A stretch of DNA of 64,000 nt, from positions 18,919 through 82,918 of the forward strand of contig JARGPR010000002.1 in the NCBI GenBank assembly GCA_029210125.1, read 5' to 3'. Position numbers and translations under genes: made by a program. The stretch is from Pseudomonadales bacterium. GTDB lineage: Bacteria > Pseudomonadota > Gammaproteobacteria > Pseudomonadales > JAHRWD01. Shown here piece by piece: positions 1 through 9,155 of the stretch. Position 1 is the stretch's first letter, and the number at the start of each line of letters is the position of its first letter. Under the pieces are notes generated by a model, which saw nothing but the letters and a program-made list of their open reading frames with translations, made no database searches and had not been told where the DNA came from.

Positions 1-2
1 TC

Positions 3-548
3 GGCGGTGCCGTTAAGCGGCCTGATCTGGTTAAAGGCCTTATTCTCACCGAGCCGTTGATTCCGCCAACAGTCGGTAACATTCCCGAACGTCCCTATAA
101 CCCCGTCGACAATCCATTACCAGAAGCCGCTCGTAATCGCCGCAGCCTATTCCCATCCCGTGAAGCAGCCATTGAGAGTTACATCGATCGAGGGCTATTT
201 AAAACCTGGGACCGTAGCTGGATTGAGGATTATATCGACGGTGGCACGCGGCTGCGGGAAGATGGCCAGGTCGAACTGACATGCGAACCAGAATGGGAAG
301 CACGTTCATTCGAAACAGCCGAAAATAACCCCTGGCCACAGGTAGAAAAACTCAGCTGTCCTACCCTCATCATGTACGGAGCCAGCCACTCGACCTGCAA
401 CCCCAGCGGCGTTGAAAAATACTGTGACTTACAGCCAGACACTGAAGCTATCGAAGTTGAAGGAACCGGACATTTTTTACCCATGGAAAAATCCGAACTA
501 GTAGCAGAAAAAATACTCGACCTGATTAACCGAATTGAATCCTCTTAA
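3..548 (+). CDS. alpha/beta-fold hydrolase, C-terminal part (5' end outside window)
   Basis: The frame is open from base 3 (GGAVKRPDLVKGLILTEP...) to the stop at 546-548. C-terminal 'VEGTGHFLPMEKSE' resembles the catalytic-His region of alpha/beta hydrolases. Position 57 in the ORF track is only the first TTG. Confidence 0.65.
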   Translation, partial: GGAVKRPDLVKGLILTEPLIPPTVGNIPERPYNPVDNPLPEAARNRRSLFPSREAAIESYIDRGLFKTWDRSWIEDYIDGGTRLREDGQVELTCEPEWEARSFETAENNPWPQVEKLSCPTLIMYGASHSTCNPSGVEKYCDLQPDTEAIEVEGTGHFLPMEKSELVAEKILDLINRIESS

Positions 549-590
549 TCAACGTCTAATTCTCATCATACTCTTTTAAGCGGGAACGCT

Positions 591-1406
591 ATGCCGGACC
601 AACCCTTCGCAGGAAAAACCATCGCTATCCCGGAAAGCCGCATGCTGGATGTGCTGGCTAACCTGTTTGAACAGCGTGGCGCCAGGACCATTCGATGTCC
701 ATTAGTGGCTATACACGATAACCCCGATCGTACTCAGGTAGACCAATGGATCAAAAATTTTATCGATAACCCACCTGACCGATTCGTCATTTTTACCGGC
801 GAAGGTATCAGGCGGTTACTGAAGTTTGCTGAGCAACTTGGAGTTAAGGATCCCTTTATTACAGCCATAGCCTCTACCAACACTCTCGCACGCGGGCCTA
901 AACCAATAGCGGCCCTTCGCAGCATTTCACTCCAGCCAAACCAGGTAGCTGAGCAGCCCCGCACCGATGGCATTATGGCCACCTTGTCCTCAGCTGACCT
1001 CAGCGGATCAAGAGTCGCGGTACAACTATACGGCCAGGAGCCAAATCAAAAATTCATTGATTTCCTTGAGGAAAAAGGTGCTCTCATCGAACCCGTTTCG
1101 CCCTACATCTACGCCAGTGATACAGAGCAGCAACAGGTTGTAAAATTGATCGAAACCTTGATCGAAAAAAAACTCGATGCGATGGTTTTTACCAGCACCG
1201 CGCAACTTAACCGATTACTCAGAGTTTCAGCTAAACTAAATACCGATCAATCGCTCATTGACGCTCTTAACGCGATCAAAATTGCGGCGGTCGGCCCTGT
1301 AGTTGGCGATGCATTACGTTGTGCTGATATCCGCGTCGATTTCATGCCAGAGAGTAAATTTTTCATGAAACCGATGGTGGCAGAAATGGCCAAAAGTTGG
1401 CATTGA
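591..1406 (+). CDS. uroporphyrinogen-III synthase (HemD/HEM4) family protein
   Basis: 271-aa ORF with a two-lobe HEM4-like pattern ('FVIFTGEGIRRL', 'DAMVFTSTAQLNRL', 'IAAVGPVVGDAL'). It stands alone and is not in a hemCDXY context. Confidence 0.6.
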   Translation: MPDQPFAGKTIAIPESRMLDVLANLFEQRGARTIRCPLVAIHDNPDRTQVDQWIKNFIDNPPDRFVIFTGEGIRRLLKFAEQLGVKDPFITAIASTNTLARGPKPIAALRSISLQPNQVAEQPRTDGIMATLSSADLSGSRVAVQLYGQEPNQKFIDFLEEKGALIEPVSPYIYASDTEQQQVVKLIETLIEKKLDAMVFTSTAQLNRLLRVSAKLNTDQSLIDALNAIKIAAVGPVVGDALRCADIRVDFMPESKFFMKPMVAEMAKSWH

Positions 1407-1603
1407 GCAGCAAAATGCAAACAAAACTATTGGGAATAACTTAGATCAAATCGTAATGAATGTACCTTTTCAAACGATCATTCAAATCAGCTAATATAGG
1501 CGCGCCTATTTGGGCGCTCCATTGCCAATCATGATTACAGGATGTCGTGGGCGCAATCTCGTTATTTACCGCATCACAAATATGGATTATTAAGGAACAA
1601 TAT

Positions 1604-2860
1604 ATGTCCGCAGTTAAAGCAGAACCCCTACTCAATAGAGACCCCTATAGCATCCCACTAGATCAGTTTGATCTGACACAACCGGCGTTGTATCAAACCG
1701 ATACCGTTTGGCCTTTTCTTGATCGTTTAAGAAAGGAAGACCCGGTCAACTATTGCTCCAATTCGCTCTTTGGACCCTATTGGTCAGTGATGCGCTACAA
1801 AGATATTATGGAAGTTGAAAGCAATCCTGAGATCTACTCCTCGGAGCCTACTATCTCAATTCCTGATATTCCGGACGATATGCCCATTGAAATGTTCATC
1901 TCGATGGATGAACCCCGGCATGGCGAACAACGCAAAGTAGTTCAACCAGTGGTTGCCCCCACCAACCTGGCAATAATGGAGCCGATCATCCGTGAACGTA
2001 TCTGCGAAATTCTTGATGCTCTGCCGGTTAATGAAACCTTTGATTGGGTCGATAAAGTCTCGATTGAACTTACCACCCAAATGCTCGCAACCCTGTTTGA
2101 TTTTCCATTCGAAGATCGCCGTAAACTGACCTTCTGGTCCGATGCTGCATCAGCAATTCCCAAGCCTGGTGCTGTGGTTGAGACCTACAAGGAGCAGATG
2201 GATGCGATGATGGAATGCCTCACTACATTCACTGAAATCTGGAATGAACGTGCGGCGGCCAAAACACCCGGCAACGATCTGATTTCCATGTTGGTAAATG
2301 GCGAAGCCACTCGCAACATGGACCCCATGCAGTATCTCGGCAATTTGCTGTTACTGATCATTGGCGGTAACGATACTACCCGGAACTCACTCTCTGGCGG
2401 CGTAGTGATGTTGAATGATAACCCCGGTGAATACCAAAAACTACGGGACAATCCAGGCCTTATTCCCAAAATGGTGCCTGAAATTATTCGTTATCAAACA
2501 CCTATTATCAGCATGCGCCGTACCGCCACCCAGGATACTATTCTGGGAGGGAAGCAGATTAAGGCTGGCGAAAAAATTATCATGTGGTATGTCTCAGGTA
2601 ACCGTGACGAAGATGCAATTGAACGGCCTTATGATTTTATTATCGACCGTGACAAACCGCGCCAGCACCTGTCATTTGGTTTTGGTATTCACCGCTGCAT
2701 GGGTAACCGCCTGGCAGAGATGCAGCTTCGCGTAACCTGGGAAGAAATCATGAAGCGCTTCGAAAAGGTTGAAGTGGTGGGCGAACCCGTCCGTGGTTAT
2801 TCTTCACAGATTCGTACTTACACAGAACTACCCGTGCAGCTTCGACCTTTGAAGAAGTAA
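1604..2860 (+). CDS. cytochrome P450, CYP153 (alkane/terminal hydroxylase) family
   Basis: Cys-ligand loop 'HLSFGFGIHRCMGNRLAE', I-helix 'LLLIIGGNDTTRNS' and 'EIIRYQTP' ExxR. An AAGGAA RBS lies 6 nt before ATG 1604, so the 1547 start in the track is probably an artefactual extension. Confidence 0.9.
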   Translation: MSAVKAEPLLNRDPYSIPLDQFDLTQPALYQTDTVWPFLDRLRKEDPVNYCSNSLFGPYWSVMRYKDIMEVESNPEIYSSEPTISIPDIPDDMPIEMFISMDEPRHGEQRKVVQPVVAPTNLAIMEPIIRERICEILDALPVNETFDWVDKVSIELTTQMLATLFDFPFEDRRKLTFWSDAASAIPKPGAVVETYKEQMDAMMECLTTFTEIWNERAAAKTPGNDLISMLVNGEATRNMDPMQYLGNLLLLIIGGNDTTRNSLSGGVVMLNDNPGEYQKLRDNPGLIPKMVPEIIRYQTPIISMRRTATQDTILGGKQIKAGEKIIMWYVSGNRDEDAIERPYDFIIDRDKPRQHLSFGFGIHRCMGNRLAEMQLRVTWEEIMKRFEKVEVVGEPVRGYSSQIRTYTELPVQLRPLKK

Positions 2861-2893
2861 TGTAAGAAACAAAAAACCAATCGGTTTTTATAG

Positions 2894-2939
2894 GCGCCCT
2901 GTTGAATCTACCCTTAGTAGTTCGACAGGGCGTTTTTTT
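2894..2939 (+). terminator. rho-independent terminator after the P450 gene
   Basis: GCGCCCTGT (2894-2902) pairs with ACAGGGCG (2925-2932) and is followed by a T7 run. It lies between convergent genes. A weaker AAAACC/GGTTTT hairpin sits just upstream. Confidence 0.7.
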
Positions 2940-2975
2940 ATGTCTGTAAAAATATCCTAACCCGCAAGGAAAACC

Positions 2976-3965
2976 CTAAAATAATCTCAATATAGGTTCA
3001 TCCAACGCAAATAACTGCTCTCTAAGCTCCAAAATATGCTCCCCCCAATAACGCTCAGTATTAAACCAGGGAAAAGCTCGCGGGAAAGCAGGGTCATGCC
3101 ATCGATTCGCCAACCAGGCTGTGTGATGAAGAATACGCAGGGTTCGCAGGGGTTCAATCAAACCAAGCTGACGGGGCTGAAAGTCGGCAAATTCGTTATA
3201 ACCTTCAATCAGCTCCGATAGCTGTCCGGTTTGCTGTGAGCGATCACCGGATAAAAACATCCACAAATCCTGAATAGCTGGAGCCATCCGCGCATCGTCG
3301 AAATCAACAAAATGCGGCGTCTCGTCACGCCATAAAATATTGCCAACATGGCAATCACCGTGGCAGCGTATTTGCGGTACATCGCCCACATTAGCTATTT
3401 TTTCATCGACCAATTGAAGCAGGTCACGGGTCAGACTCACGTAGGATTCTTTAAGGGAGGGTGGGATATGATGCTCACTCACCAGATCCACAGATCGATG
3501 CCCATAACTTTGGCTATCGATACCGGGTCGATATTTAAAGGGTTTAACCGCACCTACCAAATGGATACGACCCATTAGACGACCTAGAATCAGTAGATGA
3601 TCCAGGTTATCCAGCTCCGGCGCGTGACCTCCACGACGCACAAACAGGGCAAATTTAAAGCCGCCGAATTGAAACAGCGATTCGCCATTTTCATTCTTCA
3701 TCGGTGCGACCACAGGAATTTCCTGATCAACCAGCTCATCGCAAAACCGATGTTCTTCGAGAATCTGCTCATCGCTCCAACGATCAGGCCGATAGAACTT
3801 ACAGATCAGCGGATCGGACTCCTCAATGCCCACCTGGTAAACCCGGTTTTCATAACTATTAAGCGGAAATAATCTACCATCGCAGAGGTACCCTAAACTT
3901 TCTACCGCATCCAGCAAAAACTCAGGTGTAAGGCTATCAAAGGGATGTGGCAGTTGTTGTATCAT
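2976..3965 (-). CDS. srkA: stress-response Ser/Thr kinase SrkA (YihE/RdoA family)
   Basis: 'LNSYENRVYQV', 'HGDCHVGNILWRD' and 'VDFDDA' motifs. Start chosen at MIQQLPHPF (3965) by analogy with YihE N-termini. Confidence 0.85.
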   Translation of the reverse strand: MIQQLPHPFDSLTPEFLLDAVESLGYLCDGRLFPLNSYENRVYQVGIEESDPLICKFYRPDRWSDEQILEEHRFCDELVDQEIPVVAPMKNENGESLFQFGGFKFALFVRRGGHAPELDNLDHLLILGRLMGRIHLVGAVKPFKYRPGIDSQSYGHRSVDLVSEHHIPPSLKESYVSLTRDLLQLVDEKIANVGDVPQIRCHGDCHVGNILWRDETPHFVDFDDARMAPAIQDLWMFLSGDRSQQTGQLSELIEGYNEFADFQPRQLGLIEPLRTLRILHHTAWLANRWHDPAFPRAFPWFNTERYWGEHILELREQLFALDEPILRLF

Positions 3966-4040
3966 AAAACACGCAACCCAGAACAATATATGACTCGAAG
4001 CGCGCATCATATCACTCAAAACAGTGACTCAGCGGCTCGT

Positions 4041-5207
4041 ATGAATGACAGACACCTCAATTGGACTCCTAACTTGAATATACAGATACACCGGCAGATC
4101 AACGAGATCCCTGCCCAACAATGGAACAAGCTGATTGAAGGGAATAATCCGTTCCTGCGCCACGAATTTCTAAACGCATTGGAACTCCATCAATGTGTCG
4201 GTACCAAGTCCGGGTGGATTCCTTGCCACATCGCCATTTTCGAAGATGACGTACTCAAGGCAGCGATGCCGATGTACCAAAAATACAACTCCCAGGGCGA
4301 ATTTGTATTCGACCACGGTTGGGCCGATGCCTATCATCGCAACGGTATTCAATATTACCCAAAGCTGGTTTCGGCAGTCCCCTACACGCCTACGCTGGGG
4401 CAACGATTTTTATGTAAGCCGGAGGATGAGGAACAGATGTTTCCACTGCTGTTACAGTCCGCAATTCAGGTTGCGGAACAGATAGAAGCGAGCAGTATTC
4501 ATTGTCTTTTTTCCATCGAATCACAGCATCCATTTTTGGAACAGGCGGGGCTGCTGGTTCGTCATGACTGTCAATATCATTGGCATAATGATAATTACAC
4601 AGATTTTGACGATTTCCTTAGTCGCCTTAGTTCGCGAAAACGTAAAAATATCAAACAGGAACGCCGTAAAGTAGCGCAGGCAGGAATACAGTTCCGACTA
4701 CTGGATGGACACACAGCAAGCGAAGAAGACTGGAATATTTTTAATCAATTTTACAGTAGAACTTTCCATGAAAAATGGAATACACCAAAATTCAACCTCG
4801 ACTTTTTTATCGACGTAGCCAGGCAACTACCCGATCAAACTTTTTTGGTGCTCGCGGATCATAACGATCAATGTGTCGCTGGCGCACTGATGTACCGAAG
4901 TGATACTCACTTGTATGGTAGGCATTGGGGCAGTTCCCACAATTTTGACAGCCTGCATTTCGAAGCCTGTTATTACCAGGGTATTGAATATTGCATCCGG
5001 GAAAAACTCTCTATTTTTGAACCGGGTGCCCAGGGTCAACACAAAATATCCAGAGGTTTTATTCCAACTCGAACCTTATCTGCACATTGGATTGCCGATC
5101 CCCGATTTGAGCAAGCTATCGAACAATTTTGCAAAGAGGAACGTCAAGCCATGGCTGAACGAATCAGTTACCTTGAAACAACTACCCCTTATCGGAAAGA
5201 TATCTAA
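4041..5207 (+). CDS. FemAB-like / GNAT-fold N-acyltransferase family protein (COG3146, DUF482 type)
   Basis: 'FEPGAQGQHKISRGFIPTRTLSAHW' and 'FEACYYQGIEYCI' are characteristic of this family. Start taken at ATG 4041, because the 3945 start would overlap the divergent srkA. Confidence 0.65.
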   Translation: MNDRHLNWTPNLNIQIHRQINEIPAQQWNKLIEGNNPFLRHEFLNALELHQCVGTKSGWIPCHIAIFEDDVLKAAMPMYQKYNSQGEFVFDHGWADAYHRNGIQYYPKLVSAVPYTPTLGQRFLCKPEDEEQMFPLLLQSAIQVAEQIEASSIHCLFSIESQHPFLEQAGLLVRHDCQYHWHNDNYTDFDDFLSRLSSRKRKNIKQERRKVAQAGIQFRLLDGHTASEEDWNIFNQFYSRTFHEKWNTPKFNLDFFIDVARQLPDQTFLVLADHNDQCVAGALMYRSDTHLYGRHWGSSHNFDSLHFEACYYQGIEYCIREKLSIFEPGAQGQHKISRGFIPTRTLSAHWIADPRFEQAIEQFCKEERQAMAERISYLETTTPYRKDI

Positions 5208-5815
5208 TGAACGATCGAAAAACAGTATTACCTTTTTCACAGGCATGTGAAAACAATAAAGTTCCTATTCTATCGGTCATTCAATCACTTTTTGCCAAAG
5301 CAAACACCATACTGGAAGTAGGTAGTGGCACCGGGCAACATGCCGAATATTTTTCAGAACAGATGCCACATTTAACCTGGCAATGCAGTGACCAAAAGCT
5401 CAACCTGGCCAACCTTGAAGCGAGACTAGGCAACCACGAATCAGAGAACCTTCCTACGCCTATCGAACTGGATCTGCTTAAAAACCGTTGGCCTGACCTT
5501 ACTATCGATGCCGTGTTCAGTGCCAATGCCGTACATATCATGCCATGGCAAGCAGTTGAGATACTATTCAATGCCGCAGGTAAGGCACTGCCTGAAAGCG
5601 GTCAGTTAGTGCTATACGGGCCATTCAATTACGATGGAAAATATACCAGTGAGAGTAATGCCAATTTTGACCAATGGCTTAAAAAACAGCATTCAGAATC
5701 GGCCGTTCGTGATTTCGAAGCCCTTGATCAACTTGCGAACCAAGCAGGTTTAGAGTTACAAGGGGACTATCCACTGCCGGCCAATAACAGAATTTTACAC
5801 TGGCTTAAAAAATAA
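5207..5815 (+). CDS. DUF938-type class I SAM-dependent methyltransferase
   Basis: 'ACENNKVPIL' N-terminus and 'LEVGSGTGQHAEYF' SAM-binding motif. TAATG stop/start overlap with the upstream gene. Confidence 0.7.
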   Translation: MNDRKTVLPFSQACENNKVPILSVIQSLFAKANTILEVGSGTGQHAEYFSEQMPHLTWQCSDQKLNLANLEARLGNHESENLPTPIELDLLKNRWPDLTIDAVFSANAVHIMPWQAVEILFNAAGKALPESGQLVLYGPFNYDGKYTSESNANFDQWLKKQHSESAVRDFEALDQLANQAGLELQGDYPLPANNRILHWLKK

Positions 5816-6070
5816 AAATTCAGGCAAGCAGTTTGAGCTACTTTCCAGCTAAGGCACTCCATTTTTTCTAACATATATTCGAGCTTTCCATTTCGAACAT
5901 AATGCAGCGGGAGTGCCCATCAACATCACTATTCAGCTCTTCAAATAAATCCTGCTAAGCAAGCCCTGACTTGTCAATACAAAATATGAATAGATAAGGG
6001 CATCCTCGTATGTTGGTGGGTGATTGGCGTGCGAGGGCGGCGACTTCCAGTAAGTCGCACTTAGTTTCGG

Positions 6071-8935
6071 TTAACCACAAAAAATCACCCGAATACTATC
6101 TACCCTTAGTTTGGCCTGTTCGATATGTTGTCGTAACTGTTGCTGTTTACCTTGCAGGCTATCAATCTCTTGCTGCCGAATATTAGGGTTACGTTTTTTT
6201 AGTTCCTTCAGTCGGCGAATCTCTGCATCGTGTTCCTGATCGACTTTTTCCAACGCCCGTTCCAATAGCTGAGATAGTTGATCTTGCCCTACTTGCTCTA
6301 CCTGTTTGAGTGTTTTCTGGATCGGCGCGCGCATATTATTAATCAGCAAAACCGCTGTCTTTTTCTCGATATCCTGCAAGGCATCCATGCGGTCTATAAC
6401 GCCCTGTTTAAGGGTTCCATCGGGCAGCGCTGATAGGCGCAAACCCGCAGTAGGCAGATATCGTTGTAGCTGCAAATGTTTAGGTGCCTGGCAACTCAGG
6501 GTAAATTGAACCTGTAGATAAAATTGCCCTGTTTTGTAAGCATGCTTTTCAAGATAGGCAACACAGCTGTTTCCCGTTGATTCGTTGAGCAGTAACTCCA
6601 TCGCACCGCAGATAAGCGGGTGTTCCCAGCTAAAGAACTGAATTTCATCCCGTGACACCGCCATTTCACGATTACAGGTGTAGGTGAGTCCCTCTTCCGG
6701 AAGATGCGGAAACTGAGGGTGAACCATATGATCGCCAGGCCTTAATATATGACAATCAGCGCTATGATAATCCTGTTCAATACCATATAGATCACAAACC
6801 CTATCAATAAAAGGTTGTAGCTGCTCGGCACTTTGCAGGTCAGTTTCCTGCAGGGAGGTCACTATTTTGGAGGCTTGTTGCTCGTCACAGGAGTGGCGCT
6901 CTAGTAACCAGTCGCGACCCTGCTCAAGGGCTTGATCAAGCGCACGTCGCTCCGGTACCAGCTGCTCAATCAATTGATTCAACGCTTCAGTGCTAGTACC
7001 GGTGCGGGTGCTGTCAAAGCTACCGATTAGTTCGGTGACTTGCTCAAAATGCCGCTCCAGCAAACCCTGAGCGGAAACACGGGTCGACTCAAACAGATCA
7101 AAACCCTGGTGATATATCTGCACCAACGCTTCGCTACCATGGCCTTCAAAATAGGGTACGTGAATCTGAATTTCGTGTTGCTGGCCGATTCTGTCGAGCC
7201 GACCAATACGCTGTTCAACTAGGTCACAATTGAGAGGTAGATCAAACATCACCAGATGATGGGAAAACTGGAAGTTACGCCCTTCACTACCGATTTCTGA
7301 ACACAGCATCAGCTGACAGCCATATTCGGAATCTGAGAAGTAGGCAGCGGCGCGATCCCGTTCGATAATCGTCATGCCCTCATGAAACACGGCGCAGTGC
7401 AGACCTTCCCGCAGGCGTAGCTGTTCATTCAACTCAAGTACGGTTGCTGCCCGGTGGCAGATCAACAATATTTTCTGGCCCTTATACTGCTTGAGCAATT
7501 GGATTAGCCAGTCGATACGAGGATCATGTTTATACCACCCAGCTAAACGGCACTCCGGATAAAGGGATGCTTCGTAGCTCTTTTCGTGTGTCGTGTCTTC
7601 GAGGGCATCATCAGCTAAATATGCCGCTGGAAGTAATAACGGCGCGGGTACAAATTTGCGCGGAGGAAAACCTTTTATGGCTGAACGTGTATTTCTAAAC
7701 AGCACTCGACCGGTACCATGACGATCAATCAACTGCTGCAGCCATTGCTGGCGCTGTTGATCGCTGGGTTCGGTACAGGCAGGTTCATCCAGCCGTTGCT
7801 CAAGTTCTGTGACCTGAGCTGCAGTTAACGACTGTTGCTCCAATAGCGAACGTGCCGCTTCAGCCACGGGTCGATAGGTTTGTTCCTCTTTGATAAAGGC
7901 CTCAAGATCGTGAAAGCGCACCGGATCAAGCAATCTTAGCCGTGCAAAATGCCCCTCAATCCCTAGCTGTTCCGGGGTGGCGGTGAGCAATAGTAATCCG
8001 GGACAACTGGCCGCCAGCGCTTCTACCAGCCGATACGCATTATCCACGGCGCTTTCTTCCGGCGACCACTGCAAATGATGGGCTTCATCTACAATCACCA
8101 GATCCCATTCGGATTCCAGCAGTTGTGATACCCGATGTTCACGATTGGCCAACTCATCTAATGAGCCCAATACCAAGCGCTGCTGCTGAAATGGATTAGC
8201 CTGTGGATGCTCCATCTCAAAGGTTACACAACGCTCTTCATCCATCACCGAAAAGGCCAAATTAAAACGCCGAAGCATTTCAACTAGCCATTGATGAATC
8301 AGATTGTCCGGCAATAAGATCAGCACTCGTTCAATACGGCCGAGCAATAATAACCGATGCAAAATCAAACCGGCTTCGATGGTTTTCCCTAACCCTACTT
8401 CGTCGGCTAAGAGTACCCGCGGTACTTCGCGGTCTGAGACCTGTTGGGCGATATAGAGTTGGTGGGGTAATAATTGAGTACGTGCGCCAGCAAAACCGTA
8501 TTGGTCGTCGGCTTTTAGCTTACTGATTTTTTGTAGCGCAGAAAGGCGTAACTCATAGGCTCTAAGTTTATCCAGTTGCCCTGAAAAAAGTCGATCCGAC
8601 GCCTGGTTTAACTGAATCAGCCCGCTCAGGCTGGTTTCCGGAATCCAGCTTGTACCGTCATCGTAAAAGATAACCCCGTTCTGCTCACGCAGATCAAGCA
8701 CTTCAACATCTGAGGTGGTCGGGGTACCCGCTTCATCCTGCTCCTGTTGCAACTGAATACGATCACCAACATTAAAACGCACCCGGGTCAGGGGTGCATT
8801 GGCCATGGCGTATCGTCGGGATTCATCTGTAGCGGGAAAATAGATTAAAACCTGGCGGCCATCGATCTCGTCGACCATACCAAGTCCAAGTTCCAGTTCC
8901 GTATCACTGATCCAACGTTGACCCACTGCAAACAT
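6071..8935 (-). CDS. rapA: RNA polymerase-associated SNF2 ATPase RapA (HepA)
   Basis: 'FAVGQRWISDTELELGLG' N-terminus and SNF2 motifs 'LLADEVGLGKTIEAG', 'DLVIVDEAHHL', 'GSEGRNFQF'. Length is 954 aa. Confidence 0.95.
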   Translation of the reverse strand: MFAVGQRWISDTELELGLGMVDEIDGRQVLIYFPATDESRRYAMANAPLTRVRFNVGDRIQLQQEQDEAGTPTTSDVEVLDLREQNGVIFYDDGTSWIPETSLSGLIQLNQASDRLFSGQLDKLRAYELRLSALQKISKLKADDQYGFAGARTQLLPHQLYIAQQVSDREVPRVLLADEVGLGKTIEAGLILHRLLLLGRIERVLILLPDNLIHQWLVEMLRRFNLAFSVMDEERCVTFEMEHPQANPFQQQRLVLGSLDELANREHRVSQLLESEWDLVIVDEAHHLQWSPEESAVDNAYRLVEALAASCPGLLLLTATPEQLGIEGHFARLRLLDPVRFHDLEAFIKEEQTYRPVAEAARSLLEQQSLTAAQVTELEQRLDEPACTEPSDQQRQQWLQQLIDRHGTGRVLFRNTRSAIKGFPPRKFVPAPLLLPAAYLADDALEDTTHEKSYEASLYPECRLAGWYKHDPRIDWLIQLLKQYKGQKILLICHRAATVLELNEQLRLREGLHCAVFHEGMTIIERDRAAAYFSDSEYGCQLMLCSEIGSEGRNFQFSHHLVMFDLPLNCDLVEQRIGRLDRIGQQHEIQIHVPYFEGHGSEALVQIYHQGFDLFESTRVSAQGLLERHFEQVTELIGSFDSTRTGTSTEALNQLIEQLVPERRALDQALEQGRDWLLERHSCDEQQASKIVTSLQETDLQSAEQLQPFIDRVCDLYGIEQDYHSADCHILRPGDHMVHPQFPHLPEEGLTYTCNREMAVSRDEIQFFSWEHPLICGAMELLLNESTGNSCVAYLEKHAYKTGQFYLQVQFTLSCQAPKHLQLQRYLPTAGLRLSALPDGTLKQGVIDRMDALQDIEKKTAVLLINNMRAPIQKTLKQVEQVGQDQLSQLLERALEKVDQEHDAEIRRLKELKKRNPNIRQQEIDSLQGKQQQLRQHIEQAKLRVDSIRVIFCG

Positions 8936-8945
8936 TCAATACTCT

Positions 8946-8976
8946 CCATTATGTGAGTGCCATTTTTTAAATACGG
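8946..8976 (-). other. perfect 9-bp stem-loop in the rapA leader
   Basis: GTGAGTGCC (8946-8954) and GGCACTCAC (8968-8976) with a 13-nt A/T loop. It ends about 10 nt before the GGAGAG SD of rapA and has no U-tract. Confidence 0.4.
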
Positions 8977-9155
8977 CACTCACAACGACCCATCAATTTG
9001 AGGCGGGATTGTATAGTAATCCACAGGAGCTGTTAACGGCGGTGATATCAGGGAATAGAAAGGATATAAAGAGAGGAGTAACCGTTCAGAAAGGGCTTTA
9101 AAGAAAGCACCCATTACGAGCGCCATTGCGACGCCCATCAATTCTAAAAAGTGAC

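Noticed and set aside
1496-1509. The 14-bp perfect palindrome ATAGGCGCGCCTAT was considered as a stand-alone regulatory discovery.
   Set aside because: About four perfect 14-bp palindromes are expected by chance in 64 kb (64000/4^7). I kept it only as a note under the P450 finding.
6071-8935. The SNF2-family helicase was considered as a possible defence (DISARM/BREX-like) component.
   Set aside because: The N-terminus, length and motifs are those of housekeeping RapA/HepA. No methyltransferase or other defence partners are adjacent.
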